A stretch of DNA of 63,867 nucleotides, the filler included. It is 10 parts of 10 records of this genome, joined end to end, with 100 filler letters (N's around TTAATTAATTAA, not from the genome) between each part and the next. Parts side by side here need not be neighbours in the genome. Positions count along the whole stretch, not along the records: positions 50,738 to 55,934 come from SRR31147125_88283; positions 56,035 to 63,867 come from SRR31147125_88311; 8 more parts are not named here. One strand, written 5' to 3'. Below the pieces are notes generated by a model. The model saw only the letters and a program-made list of their open reading frames with translations. It was not told the origin of the DNA and searched no databases. Positions within the stretch are counted from its first letter, which is position 1; the number at the start of each line of letters is the position of its first letter. This document shows positions 50,864 to 62,000 of the stretch, in pieces. The translations under genes and the position numbers were made by a program.

Positions 50864-51766
50864 ATGAGCAAGACAATCAAGATTACCCGTGATCATCTCC
50901 ACTATGTGTTTTCCGGAGAACTGGAACCGGCGGCACATGCCGCCAGCGGCGATACACTCATTTTCGAGTGTGTCGACTGTTACAGCAATCAGATCAAAAA
51001 CGACAAGACCCTGTTCGAAGAGATTCAGGGGGAGCTTAACAATCCCGCAACCGGTCCGGTGTTTATCGAGGAGGCCGAAGCGGGGGATGTTCTCAGGATT
51101 GATATCCTTGAGATAGAAACGGATGACAGAGGAGTCATGACCGTCCGTCCCGGTGCAGGGCTCTACGGGGATCTTCTTGATGAATTCCAAAGCAGGGTCA
51201 TCCCCATAAAGAACAACAAAGGTTTCTTCAAAGAGAATATTGCCATCGAGCTGCAGCCTATGATCGGGGTCATCGGCACGGCCCCGAGGGAGGAGATCCG
51301 GACCACGTGGCCCGGCGAACACGGCGGGAATCTGGATATCAGGGATCTGAAAGCCGGAACCAGTCTCTACCTGCCCGTTGCTGTCAGAGGCGCGCTGCTT
51401 TCAATCGGCGACCTCCACGGCATTCAGGGAGACGGGGAAACGGTCATCTGCGGTCTGGAGATGAATGGAAGAGTCAGAGCAAAGGTGACGGTTCTGAAAA
51501 ACAGGTCCGATATACCCACTCCCTTTATTGTGACTCCGACGGCCTATGTGACGACTTTCGCGGCTCCCACCCTGGATGAAGCATCCCGGGAGGCCGGACA
51601 CAGGATGCACCGATTCCTCCTGGAACATACGGATCTGACTGCCGGAGAGTGTGCCATGCTGCTGTCGCTGGCCGGGAACCTGAGGATCAGCCAGGTGGTC
51701 AATGATCTGAAGGGCTGTCTGATGGATTTTCCACGGAACCTGGCGGGAGAAAAGATGGTGTTGTAG
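50864..51766 (+). CDS. Acetamidase/formamidase family protein
   Basis: NPATGPVFI..AE.GD.L, PMIGVIG, HGGNLD, GDLHG.QGDGE...CGLE. Confidence 0.92.
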   Translation: MSKTIKITRDHLHYVFSGELEPAAHAASGDTLIFECVDCYSNQIKNDKTLFEEIQGELNNPATGPVFIEEAEAGDVLRIDILEIETDDRGVMTVRPGAGLYGDLLDEFQSRVIPIKNNKGFFKENIAIELQPMIGVIGTAPREEIRTTWPGEHGGNLDIRDLKAGTSLYLPVAVRGALLSIGDLHGIQGDGETVICGLEMNGRVRAKVTVLKNRSDIPTPFIVTPTAYVTTFAAPTLDEASREAGHRMHRFLLEHTDLTAGECAMLLSLAGNLRISQVVNDLKGCLMDFPRNLAGEKMVL

Positions 51767-51832
51767 ATCCCGTCCATTCTTCCAGAAAATGACCATGATG
51801 ATCGATAACGATCAGTACCGATCATTTTTTAT

Positions 51833-51862
51833 TTGACAATAATACAAATTCATTCATACCAT
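51833..51862 (+). promoter_or_regulatory. Sigma70-type promoter
   Basis: TTGACA-N18-TACCAT upstream of the EEP gene. Confidence 0.5.
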
Positions 51863-51897
51863 GTTGAACAGAGAAAATATCAGAGAATGAGGTCCCA

Positions 51898-52953
51898 ATG
51901 AAAAAAATCGTAAAAATCCTGGCCGGCCTGATCGGCCTGGCAGCCCTGCTTCTTCTGCTGCTTGTCCTGTGGCTGACACTGACCGACTACCGCCCGGCTC
52001 CGGTAGAACCGGCGGAAATCGTCGATGCCGCGGACACTCCTGCCGGAGATGTGCTGACCCTGTTCAACTGGAACATAGGCTACGGCGGACTGGGAAAGGA
52101 TATGGATTTTTTCATGGACGGGGGCTCCATGATCCGGCCCTCTGAAGAGGTGTACGCCCGGTACCGCGACGGCATCCTGAAAACCGTCAGGGACTATCGG
52201 GCGGACGTCTATTTTTTCCAGGAAATGGACCGCCGGAGCACCCGCTCCTTTAAAGAGGACCAGGCCGCCCTGGCGGGAGAGGCTCTCCCGGGATACAGCA
52301 TGGCCTTCGCCTCCAACTACAAGGTGAAGTACATCCCCTCCCCCCGGATCGTCGGTACCCAGTACGGATCGGTCCATTCCGGCCTGTCGGTCTACTCCCA
52401 GTACGCCATGACCGAAGCTGTCCGCTACGCCCTGCCGGGGAACTACCCCTGGCCCCGCCGGATCTTCTTCCTGGACCGCTGCATGCTGGTGACCCGGATT
52501 CCCGCAAAGGACGGAAGGGAGTGGGTTATGATCAACACCCACAACGCCGCCTACGACAAGGGGGGTTACATCAAGGCGGAACAGCTGGAGTTCATCCGCT
52601 CCTTCGCCTCGGCGGAGTATGAAAAGGGAAACTGCGTCGTCATCGGGGGAGACTGGAACAACTACATGCCCGGCACCGACGGCAGACAGTTCCCCTCGGC
52701 GGTGGAGCCGCCGGAATACTATCAGCCCCTGCCGGAAGACTGGACCCTGCCGGGCTGGTCCTGGGGATTCGATCCCGCGGTTCCCACCAACCGCTCCCTG
52801 ACCACCCCGCTTGTACCGGGGGAAACCTTCACCAGTATCATCGACGGTTTTCTGGTCTCCCCCAATGTGGAGATCCTCCGGACAGAGGGAATCGATCTGG
52901 GATTCGAGTACTCGGACCACAATCCGCTGCTGATTCTGCTGAAAATGAAATGA
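51898..52953 (+). CDS. Membrane-anchored endonuclease/exonuclease/phosphatase (EEP) family protein
   Basis: N-terminal TM helix, WNIGY, FQEMD, NTH, GGDWN, IDGFLVS, YSDHNP. Confidence 0.9.
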   Translation: MKKIVKILAGLIGLAALLLLLLVLWLTLTDYRPAPVEPAEIVDAADTPAGDVLTLFNWNIGYGGLGKDMDFFMDGGSMIRPSEEVYARYRDGILKTVRDYRADVYFFQEMDRRSTRSFKEDQAALAGEALPGYSMAFASNYKVKYIPSPRIVGTQYGSVHSGLSVYSQYAMTEAVRYALPGNYPWPRRIFFLDRCMLVTRIPAKDGREWVMINTHNAAYDKGGYIKAEQLEFIRSFASAEYEKGNCVVIGGDWNNYMPGTDGRQFPSAVEPPEYYQPLPEDWTLPGWSWGFDPAVPTNRSLTTPLVPGETFTSIIDGFLVSPNVEILRTEGIDLGFEYSDHNPLLILLKMK

Positions 52954-52980
52954 TACCCGGTCCGGCCTGGAGCGGAGGAT

Positions 52981-53866
52981 TCAGAAAGGAATCCGCTCCA
53001 GTGTCAGATCCCTCCCGGACACGGACGCGGAGACAGGACGTATCCCCCGAGCCGTATTTCAGGGGCTCCAGATTCAGATACTCCACACCGTTGAATTCCC
53101 GTATGTTCCACTGGTGGTCGTGTCCCATCAGGACCAGATCGACATCGTGCTGCTCGAACAGGCTCATCATCCTGTAGATCTCCTCCTTGTCTGAGAACTG
53201 ATCGGCCGAAGTCAAATTAAGGGGGAACATATTACAGTGGGTGAAGACGATGCAGTGATCCCGCCGGTCCCGTTCCTCCTCCAGACACTCCTCCAGCCAC
53301 CGGATCTGCGTCCTCCCCAGAGTGGAGCCCGCCGAATCTAGGCACAGAAGAAGGAGGCTGCCGGGCGTTCCGGCCCCGCCGACTTCCAGGGTGTAAACCG
53401 ACTTTCCCAGCAGGGCTTTGTAGTGAGACCAGCCGTCATAAAAGGTGTCATGATTCCCGATGGACTGGAAGAAAGGCTTCCCGCCCTCCTCCATGATCCG
53501 GCGATAGGCCGTAAAGTCGCTCTCCTGGCCGGACTGGGTGGAATCCCCGCAGTCCAGGATGAACAGATCCTCCGGCAGGAGCTGCTCAGATATAAACTGA
53601 CTCAGCACATCCGAAACGCCGCCGGACAGATGTATGTCCGAAACGACCGGAAAGGAAAAAACATACTCTCCGTCAATCTGGCCGGGATGTTCCAGAGTGG
53701 CCGTATCCGAATGCATGGGAAGGGTCCGGCTCTCCTCAAACCGGCCGTCCGGTTCGGACCGGCTTTTGAAGAATCCCCGCAGATACAGGGAATCACAGGC
53801 AAAAAACAGCAACGGCAGGACCAGTATCCAGCCGGCGCGTCTCCTTCCGCCGCGCCCCCGGCTCAA
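52981..53866 (-). CDS. Calcineurin-like metallophosphoesterase lipoprotein (3' end uncertain, likely frameshifted)
   Basis: Lipobox FFAC, SDIH, GD, IGNHD, FTH, MGHDH. The ORF-track tail overlaps the EEP gene, suggesting a homopolymer error near 53010. Confidence 0.85.
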
Positions 53867-54569
53867 AACCGCACTCCCAGATTCAGCTGCAGAGCGGCCT
53901 CATTGAAGACGCTGGAGAGGGACCAGCTCCCCGCATCGGTCACGGCCAGATCAATCTCCAGAAATCCGCCCCCCTCGAAGGAGAGGATGCTGTCCAGCTG
54001 CCACCAGAGACGGGAGATGTTCCCGGCCTGGAAATTGTCGTAATTCCCTGTCTGAAAGGAGAGGGTGTAGGCCTCCGGGATATTCACTATCCTGAATCGC
54101 AGCCGGTAAACAGGATGAAGGGTCTGTTCCGGCGGTTCGGACCGGTCCGCCCGGTTCTCCTCCAGCAGATAGAGGTACCGGACGGCGACCCCCAGTTCGG
54201 CCTCGATGAACCGCCAGAACCAGGTGAATGTCCCCGCCAGGGAGACATCCATCCGGTCATATTCACGATACCGGTTGGTGATATAATGAAGCCGGAACCG
54301 GGTGGCGGGAATGAGATTCTGCAGATCCGCGGCGGCATACCAGTTCTCCAGCAGGGAGACATTCCCCGAACGGATCCCCCCGGACAGAAGGAACCGGCCG
54401 GTGACAGGAATCTGTCCCTCCAGGCTCACCGCCCCCTCCAGCCGAAAATACTGTGCCAGGATGTCCCGAATCCGCTCCGGATCATCAGGTCGGGATTCTG
54501 TACAGCCTGGGATGCGATGGGGCCCGACAGGAACAGAGAGAGAAACAGGACCACCGTGATTCTCCTCAT
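53863..54569 (-). CDS. Probable outer-membrane beta-barrel protein; frameshift near 54460
   Basis: ATG 54569 gives signal peptide MRRITVVLFLSLFLSGPIASQA; one added base joins the frame with alternating beta-strand pattern and C-terminal LQLNLGVRF. Confidence 0.6.
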
Positions 54570-54625
54570 ACTTGAATTGTAGGGTATAATTCACGGGATT
54601 GCCCCCTCCGCCGGGGGCCGGAGGA

Positions 54626-55934
54626 TTATTCAGATTCTGCGAAATCCATAAACTGCTTCCAGTTTTCCAGGGTGACATCGTGATATCCGTCCCGCAGATA
54701 GTAGGCCAGATTTCCGGAGAAAACCGGTTCTCCGGCAGAGGGCATCCGGACGGTTCCCAGATCGGGCAGTCCGAACAGGGGCCAGGCCTCTCCCGCCATA
54801 ACCAGGGAAAGGAACTCCCCTTCCGGATCCGCCCAGTAGTCCTTTGTTCCGCTGGAAACGAAGAGCTTCCGGGGCGCGATGCAGGCCAGCAGCATATGCT
54901 GATCCAGGGGCAGAAGATTCTCATGCCGGCTGTATGTTTTGTACAGATCGGTAAACCAGTAGGGAAAGAAGCGGTTGACGGCGCCGACGGTTTCACCCCG
55001 GTTGCTCCGGCTCAGGGCGGCGCCGGTGCTTCCCGAACCGTTGGAGATGACCATAGAGATCCCGGGATCGTTGGCACCTGCCCAGAGGGCGGTTTTTCCC
55101 AACCGGGAATGACCGAAAGCAATGATTCGGTCAGAATCCACCGCCGGTGAGGCCGCAAGATAATCCACGCCCCGCATAAGCCCGAATGCCCAGGCGCCGA
55201 CGGCCCCCATCTCCGTTTCCGGAAAGAGCCGGATCAGACGGGAAGTATACTCCTCACTGCTGTCGGGGGCAAAATCTTCATGGTGAATGGTGGCCAGGCC
55301 GAATCCCCGGTCAACTATCTCCCGGACAGGCCAGCGGTACTGCCTGATTCCCCGCTGAACCTGCTTGCCGGCAGGCAGGGAACCGTTATAGAACGAGTGT
55401 ATTATCTCTGGAGACGGGTCGATCGAATGATTGCCTTTGAAATTGAGACCGATAAAAACGGGGACCGGCTGATCTGTCCGGGGAAGATACAGCAGGAGCA
55501 GAGCCCTGGTTTCCCCTTCCGGGGTCCGGATTATCATCTCCACCTGCTTCCGGACCGCCCGTCCCTCCAGAGCATCCGGGGTTTCTTCCAGAACATTGTA
55601 ATCCACGTTCCAGCTTCCTGCTTCCGGAAGCGGTCCGTATACATTCTCCTCAAACAACCGGAGGATCTCCTCCCGTCTGAGTTCAAACTGTCCGGCGGTT
55701 GCGACGGCTTTACCGTTCCTCATCTCCAGCAGCGGCGGGAGGGTCGAGTAATCCCGTTCGGGAGTCTGCTCCTCAACCCAACGATCCACGGCATCAGGGA
55801 GGTCCCATTTCAGATCCCCCTTGAGGACAGCCGCAATACTGGATACCGGCATTATCCGGGTAACTGTAAAAACCGTTCCTCCTGCTATCAGAAGAATCAC
55901 AATCATCAGGGGTATCAGAATGTACCGTAAACGG
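54626..55934 (-). CDS. CE15 glucuronoyl-esterase-like alpha/beta hydrolase with N-terminal anchor (5' partial)
   Basis: LPPLL..RNG, LFEENVYG, GLNF.GNH, AWAFG, GHSRLGK, SGSTGAALSR...GE, DQHMLLA.IAPR, D.WADP.GE, G.HDV. Confidence 0.88.
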
Positions 55935-56034
55935 NNNNNNNNNNNNNNNNNNNNNNNNNNNNNNNNNNNNNNNNNNNNTTAATTAATTAANNNNNNNNNN
56001 NNNNNNNNNNNNNNNNNNNNNNNNNNNNNNNNNN

Positions 56035-59000
56035 GGAGATGGCACCCCTCCAAAAACGCAGTTGAGCCCCGTGGTCCTGGGGAATAATCTTCCCACAATT
56101 CGTACAGGTGTCCCGCCCCGAAGAGGTCCAAAGAGTGGATCGAGACCCGTCGGATTCGGTGCGTGATATTCGAATTGCACCTGGTCGTCGGTATAGTTTC
56201 GATTGTTGATTGTAACTTCCACAGGAACGACACGAGGAGCAAAGTGTTTGGGGGCTACACAGTGCAATTCCGTTGAGCTCACATAAACGGCCGGCACGAC
56301 AGTCGTGTTGAAGCGACAGTAAATGTAATCGAGCCACGCCGATCGAACACGGAATCCTTGGCCGGTGACTGTGATGGTCGTGAACCCACTGACGGCTGTG
56401 TTGTTCGGGAAAACCCCAGTAACGTTGACAAGGGGTTGATATTCGTGTACCGACGAGGTCAAGGACATATCCTGATAGTTGGGTCCCACCCGCACCGTCA
56501 CATTGGCAGCCGTGTGGGCCGGGGCACGACACAGAATTTGAGTACTGTTCACACGTTCCCCGCGCACAAGAAGCTTATCGAATGTGCAATACGGACCCTC
56601 CACACTACTGGGAAACAATGTCCCCAGAAACATTGTGGGAATGAGTGAACCATAGTCCGGTCCCGTCACGGGATAGATCTCCGAAAGAATATGAGAAGGA
56701 TAGAACTCATACACAACATTTGCGGGTGTGTAGTCGGCCCGGCTAAGATTCTGCCCTTGCCATGTGTTGGAATATACAATCGAAACGATGCCGGCTGGCA
56801 TCTCGGGAGTTAGACACACAGCTTCACGAGAACCCATGACGGTGGCCGCTTGTGTTGTTTCACTGGATCCGAACCAACACTGCGGCATTCCGCGTCCACC
56901 TCCCACAAAGTGTCTTCCTACAAGGGTAACAGGGCGACCACCCCACGAAGGTCCTCCGCGAGGAATCACATCGGTAACATTGGGTGGATGCTGATACTCG
57001 AAGATGGTGTTGTTGTGGGAAAAGAGAATACCATTATTCGTCACTTCTGCAGAATAGAATCCGGGAGCATGCCCCGGGGTTACACAGTGAAGCACTCCGT
57101 TGGAAAGGAACTCGGCTGGAGTCTCCACCTTTCCAAAGCGACATTGGGTGTATCCCAAGGCCGCAGAGTGTTCAGAGAAGTTCTCACCAAAAACCGTGAC
57201 GAGGGTTCCACCCAACGACGAGCCGGAAGTGGGAAAGATGCCAAGAACCACAACAGGTGCTTCCGATAGATAGAAGAAGGGTTCTGAGAAATCCCGACGA
57301 TTGTTCGTCACCGAGAGTGTGTAGTTTCCAGGCACGAGAGCGGGGCTTGACACACAATCTGGAAGGGGATGTTCCATTGTGCCTTCACATATGCTGTGTC
57401 TCCGTAGCGACAGTATAGGTTGTCAACGTCCCAGAAGTCGATGCCCTGTGCACCGCGCAGCGATAAATCGAAACCAGAAAGAGTGATCTGTGATCCTCCC
57501 CACTCCTCTCCGGTTTGTGGTGCCACACGCGTAATTCGTGCCAGATCATCGAACGTGAAAGACACAGGCTGAGGAGTGTAGTCCAGAAGCTCGGAACCCT
57601 GGTCTTGATTGTTCGTCGTTACAGATATCTCCACAACTCCTGCGGGAAGAGAAGGCGTCCAACAGCGAACCTCTGCAGATGACACATACTGTGCCGGTAC
57701 GGGTTCTGCACTGCCGAAACGACACGATACATTGGTTTCCACAAAGTGCGATCCTGTAAGCGTCACCAATGTGGGAGTCAAATACCCATTCGCGTTGCCC
57801 GATGTGGGAAAAACGAAATCAAGCACAGCCGGTTCCTGGAACTGATACAAGGCACCACTGTGTGTGAAGGAACCTCCTCTGGTTCGTGTGATGCTCGATG
57901 TGATAGTTTCCAGGAGCGTCACATTCTGACCACTCCCCGAATATTCCACCGCAACAAATCCGGCCGCTCGGCTCGGAGTTCGGCACAACACACTCGCCGT
58001 ATCCACAAACATGGCAGAAACAAGCGTATCTTGGAAAAGGCAGAATCCGAATCCCAGTTCAGCTACACGAGCCGAGAACTGGGAACCGGAGACCGTTACG
58101 AGCGTCCCACCTCCAATAGGTCCTCGATCCGGAAGCAAGGACGTGATATTTCCGGTTTCATGTGTTTCAAAGGTTAAGCCGAACATTTGGAAATCCGCTC
58201 GATTCACAGACAACGCCACCGACACGATCGCCACCGTGTTGGACGGTGTGGTGCAACGTAATTCCCTCGAACTGATGTACGTGGCAGCGACGACGGTGGT
58301 CCCAAACTTGCACGAAAGGAAATTCACGTCACTGAACCCGTCCCCTGTTACAAGCACCTCGCTTCCTCCTTCAACAGGTCCCAGAATCATGTCAACTGTG
58401 TCAACACTGAAGGAGGGCAGAAGCTCAAGCAAGATTTCCTCCCTCGTGAAGTCTGTGTCCCGTATGCTTTGCCCGTCGTAGTTGTTCGAGACGGATACAA
58501 CAATTGCTCCCGCGGGAAGGTCTGTCGGAATTTGGCACCATATGTGCGTCGACGAGAGGAACGTAGCCTCGGAAAGGGATGAAGTGCCAAAACGACACCA
58601 CAGGTTGGTGGAATTCTTGAAATGTGTTCCAACAACGGTAAGCACGGTGCCCTCAGAAACCGAAGCAAGAATGGGATTAACCAGCTCAACCGTTGCCATG
58701 TCGTGGTACTGAAACGGTAAACGACTCAACGTCGTATCCACACCACCATTGGCACTCACAGAAACAGACACAAAGCCACTCGGAGCAGCGGGTGCAAGGC
58801 ATACAATCGCATCATTCGAAATCGAGACAGCCGGTCCCGACAGGGTGTCAAAGAAGCACAGAGCATGGGACAAGGCAACATCCCGACCTCGCATGGATGT
58901 ACCGAACACGGTCACATGTGTACCGCCTGAAACAAAGCCACCAGGAGGACTAATGGAGGTAAGATTGGCATCTGTGTTGGGATAGAACGTTGCTATCGCT

Positions 59001-62000
59001 ACATAGTCTCGCTGGTTGGATGCCACGGCCAGTTGAAGGCCACCCGATGCAGGGGGGGCGTTGGCAGGAGCCTGACAGATTAAACGTGCAGAGGTATCCC
59101 AGATGGCCGCAACCTCCGATGTGCCAAATCGACAGAAGAGACCTACCAATGGCGGAAAATTCAATCCTTGAATCGCCACCGGAGTCCCTCCCGAGGCAAG
59201 CCCGTGTGTAGGATACACTTCGTCAAAGCGGAGATTGTCCTTGTAGAGGAACTGTTGTCCACTTCTCGAGTAATCCCCCGAATGGAATACCTGACCCTGG
59301 GCACTGATACTGACTTCTACGCTCACAACACCGGCCGGAACAGGGGGAGTTGCACACCACACCTCACTCGTCGATACGAACGTTGCGGTTACAGGGTCGC
59401 TGGAGCCAAACTGACACGATACATCACCCGAAGAGAAGTTCCTGCCACTCACAGTCACCAGAGTCGTACGATCAGCCTGTCCAAATGCAGGGAACAGGTG
59501 ATCCACGTAGATGGACTCGTGGTACAAGAATTGCATGGGCTCGAGGGTGAAGCCCCTCCCACCGTCAACGGAGATACCAAATTCTACGAATCCAACATAA
59601 CTAAATGGTGTAGTACACAACAGTTCGGATGCGGAGACATAGGTTGCCGGAACAACTCCGTCGACACCAAAGCGACAAAAGATGGTACTGAGTGCGGCCG
59701 CACGAGAATCGAATCCAGAACCCATAACCGTCACAACGGATCCACCCCTGCTCGGACCTGCCGAGGGCAAGAGGCTCGTCACATTAGGTGACGTGAAGTA
59801 GGTAAGGAAGTGAAGATTGGGCGTATCCGCGGGAACCGGCAGGACATGGTCCACTGCTTCTAACGTAACGATACCGTCCCGTTGGGCAGGTAATACACAG
59901 GAGCGGATGAATCCCGACACCCGTTGCGATTCAACAACGGTTCGATTGTGAACACGACAGAAAACCGTTAGGGCTTCTGCAGAATTCAAGGTAATCCGAA
60001 CTTCAGTACCTCCAAGGGAAGGGGCTCCATAAATATCCACGTCCAGCACTTCCCGTCGTGTTTGTACAAGAAACAGTGCGTTGTCGTTCGTGAAATCAGC
60101 ATCGGCGACCAACTGCTGCTCGTAGTTTGTGGACACTTCGACGGACACAAATCCCACCTCCAGTTCCGGGACACGACACCACAGCTCCGTCGAGGAAATA
60201 AGCGTGGCCTTCACAGGAGGAGCTGTACCAAACAGACAAAAGACGTTTGAAGAGCGGAAATGCTTCCCGTACACAGTTACCAGTGTCCCGCTTGACACAC
60301 TATCGGTCAGTGGAAATATGGCCTCCACGGACGGATTCTCCAGGAACCAGAATTTGTTGCCAGACATAGAGGGATTCATCTTGTTGTTCGAGACTTCAAC
60401 CGTAGCACAACCGCCTCTCCCGTCGGGGTACCACACACAGAACAGCCATGGAGGGCGGCGGCGGGTCCTCGAGATCGGGATCCACCTCTTCAATTGTGAG
60501 GATGCCCGGAACACTCTCCTCGTAGTCAAAGTGACAGAAGATGTACCCAAGAGCTGCAGAGTGCGAAGAGTATCCCGTTCCTTCAAGTGTGATAACCGTA
60601 TTGCCATGGGTTCCACCCGATGTGGGGAAGAGGGAGGTGACGTTCACATCTCCTGTACACACACACATTCAGTAACAGGAAACGGGGCCGACTACACCGC
60701 ACCTTGGTATTCAAATTCAAGGTATGGTTCTTGCGCTAACTTGTTGGACGAAACTTCTGTAATCGAAATCGATCCCGTATGCGCTACCCCAGAGGCAACC
60801 GTCTTGCAAAGCAGACGCGAGTCGCCTGTTACATCGGCGGGTACATAGGTCGGATGCTCCACGTCAAACACACACAACAGCGGGTTAGGTGTGTTGAGCA
60901 AATGGCTTCCGGTCATTTCTACCATCGTTCCACCCAGAGCAGGTCCCATAGCCGGCACGAGGGACACCACAGACGACGTATTACTGAGGAAGGTATAGCG
61001 AATGCCACTGCTCGTGAAGTCGCTGGGCATCCTGGGCTGACCATCTTGATTCAGAGATACATCCACCACCACGCTTCCCACAGGTAACACAGGCGTCTGA
61101 CACCACAGCTCTGTGCTGGAGACCCATTTTGCAAGAACGATTCCCTCTGTATAGCCACCAAAGGAAACCCAGGTCCCCGAACCCTCAATGAAGTTGGTAC
61201 CCTCCACAAGGACATCCTCATTGGCCAGTGCAAGGACGCGCGTCAAGGTTGGACGTGTCAGATACGTGTAAACGGTTCCGTTGATACTGAAATCCAGCAA
61301 ATTGTTGGTGACTTCCACCGTCTGGAAGCCAGCATCGTGTGCGGGAGCTGTACACAGGACACGAGTTGTGTCCAGGAATGTCGCACGCGTAAGACGGCCC
61401 TGATCGAATGCGCAGAACAGTAGACCCAGGGCGTTTGAATGTGAAGAGAAATTAACACCTGTGACGGTCACAATCGTATCCCCGCTGTCGTGTCCGCGTG
61501 AGGGGAAAATACTGTGGACTTCAACGCTCGGAGAGTAGTTGTAGAGAACGGGAAACATCTCCCAGGTGTCCAAGTTGTTCGTTACTTCTACAGTTGCCGT
61601 CGCAAGAGGGAACATGGGGGTGCGGCACTCAAGGAATTCATGGACAACGAAGCGGGCCTGAACCTCAATGTGGCCCCCAAAACGACAAAACAGCCGATCG
61701 GAGTCCGCGAAATTCCGTCCCATAAGAAGAAGATCCGTTCCACCTCTCGCATCCCCGAGGACAGGCTCGACGTCTAGGATTTCAACGGGTTGTGTGTACG
61801 TGAATTGAACATAGTCCATGGTGAAGTCCTCCGAGCTAACGGGTTGGCCCTCGTCCGTAATGGATACTTCCACAACAACAATGCCCCTGGGAAGCAGGGG
61901 CGCATCACACAGAATCTCGGTACTCGAAACGTACACAGCCGGTACGGGAGGGGCAGTACCAAATCGACACGAGAGAGAGGAACTGCTTACAAAGTTGCGA

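Noticed and set aside
54570-54996. N-terminal extension of the 377-aa ORF 53863..54996
   Set aside because: Overlaps the CE15 gene out of frame; the real start with a signal peptide is at 54569.
55360-55380. CCTGCTTGCCGGCAGGCAGG palindrome resembling a REP element
   Set aside because: Single copy inside the CE15 coding sequence; chance is sufficient.
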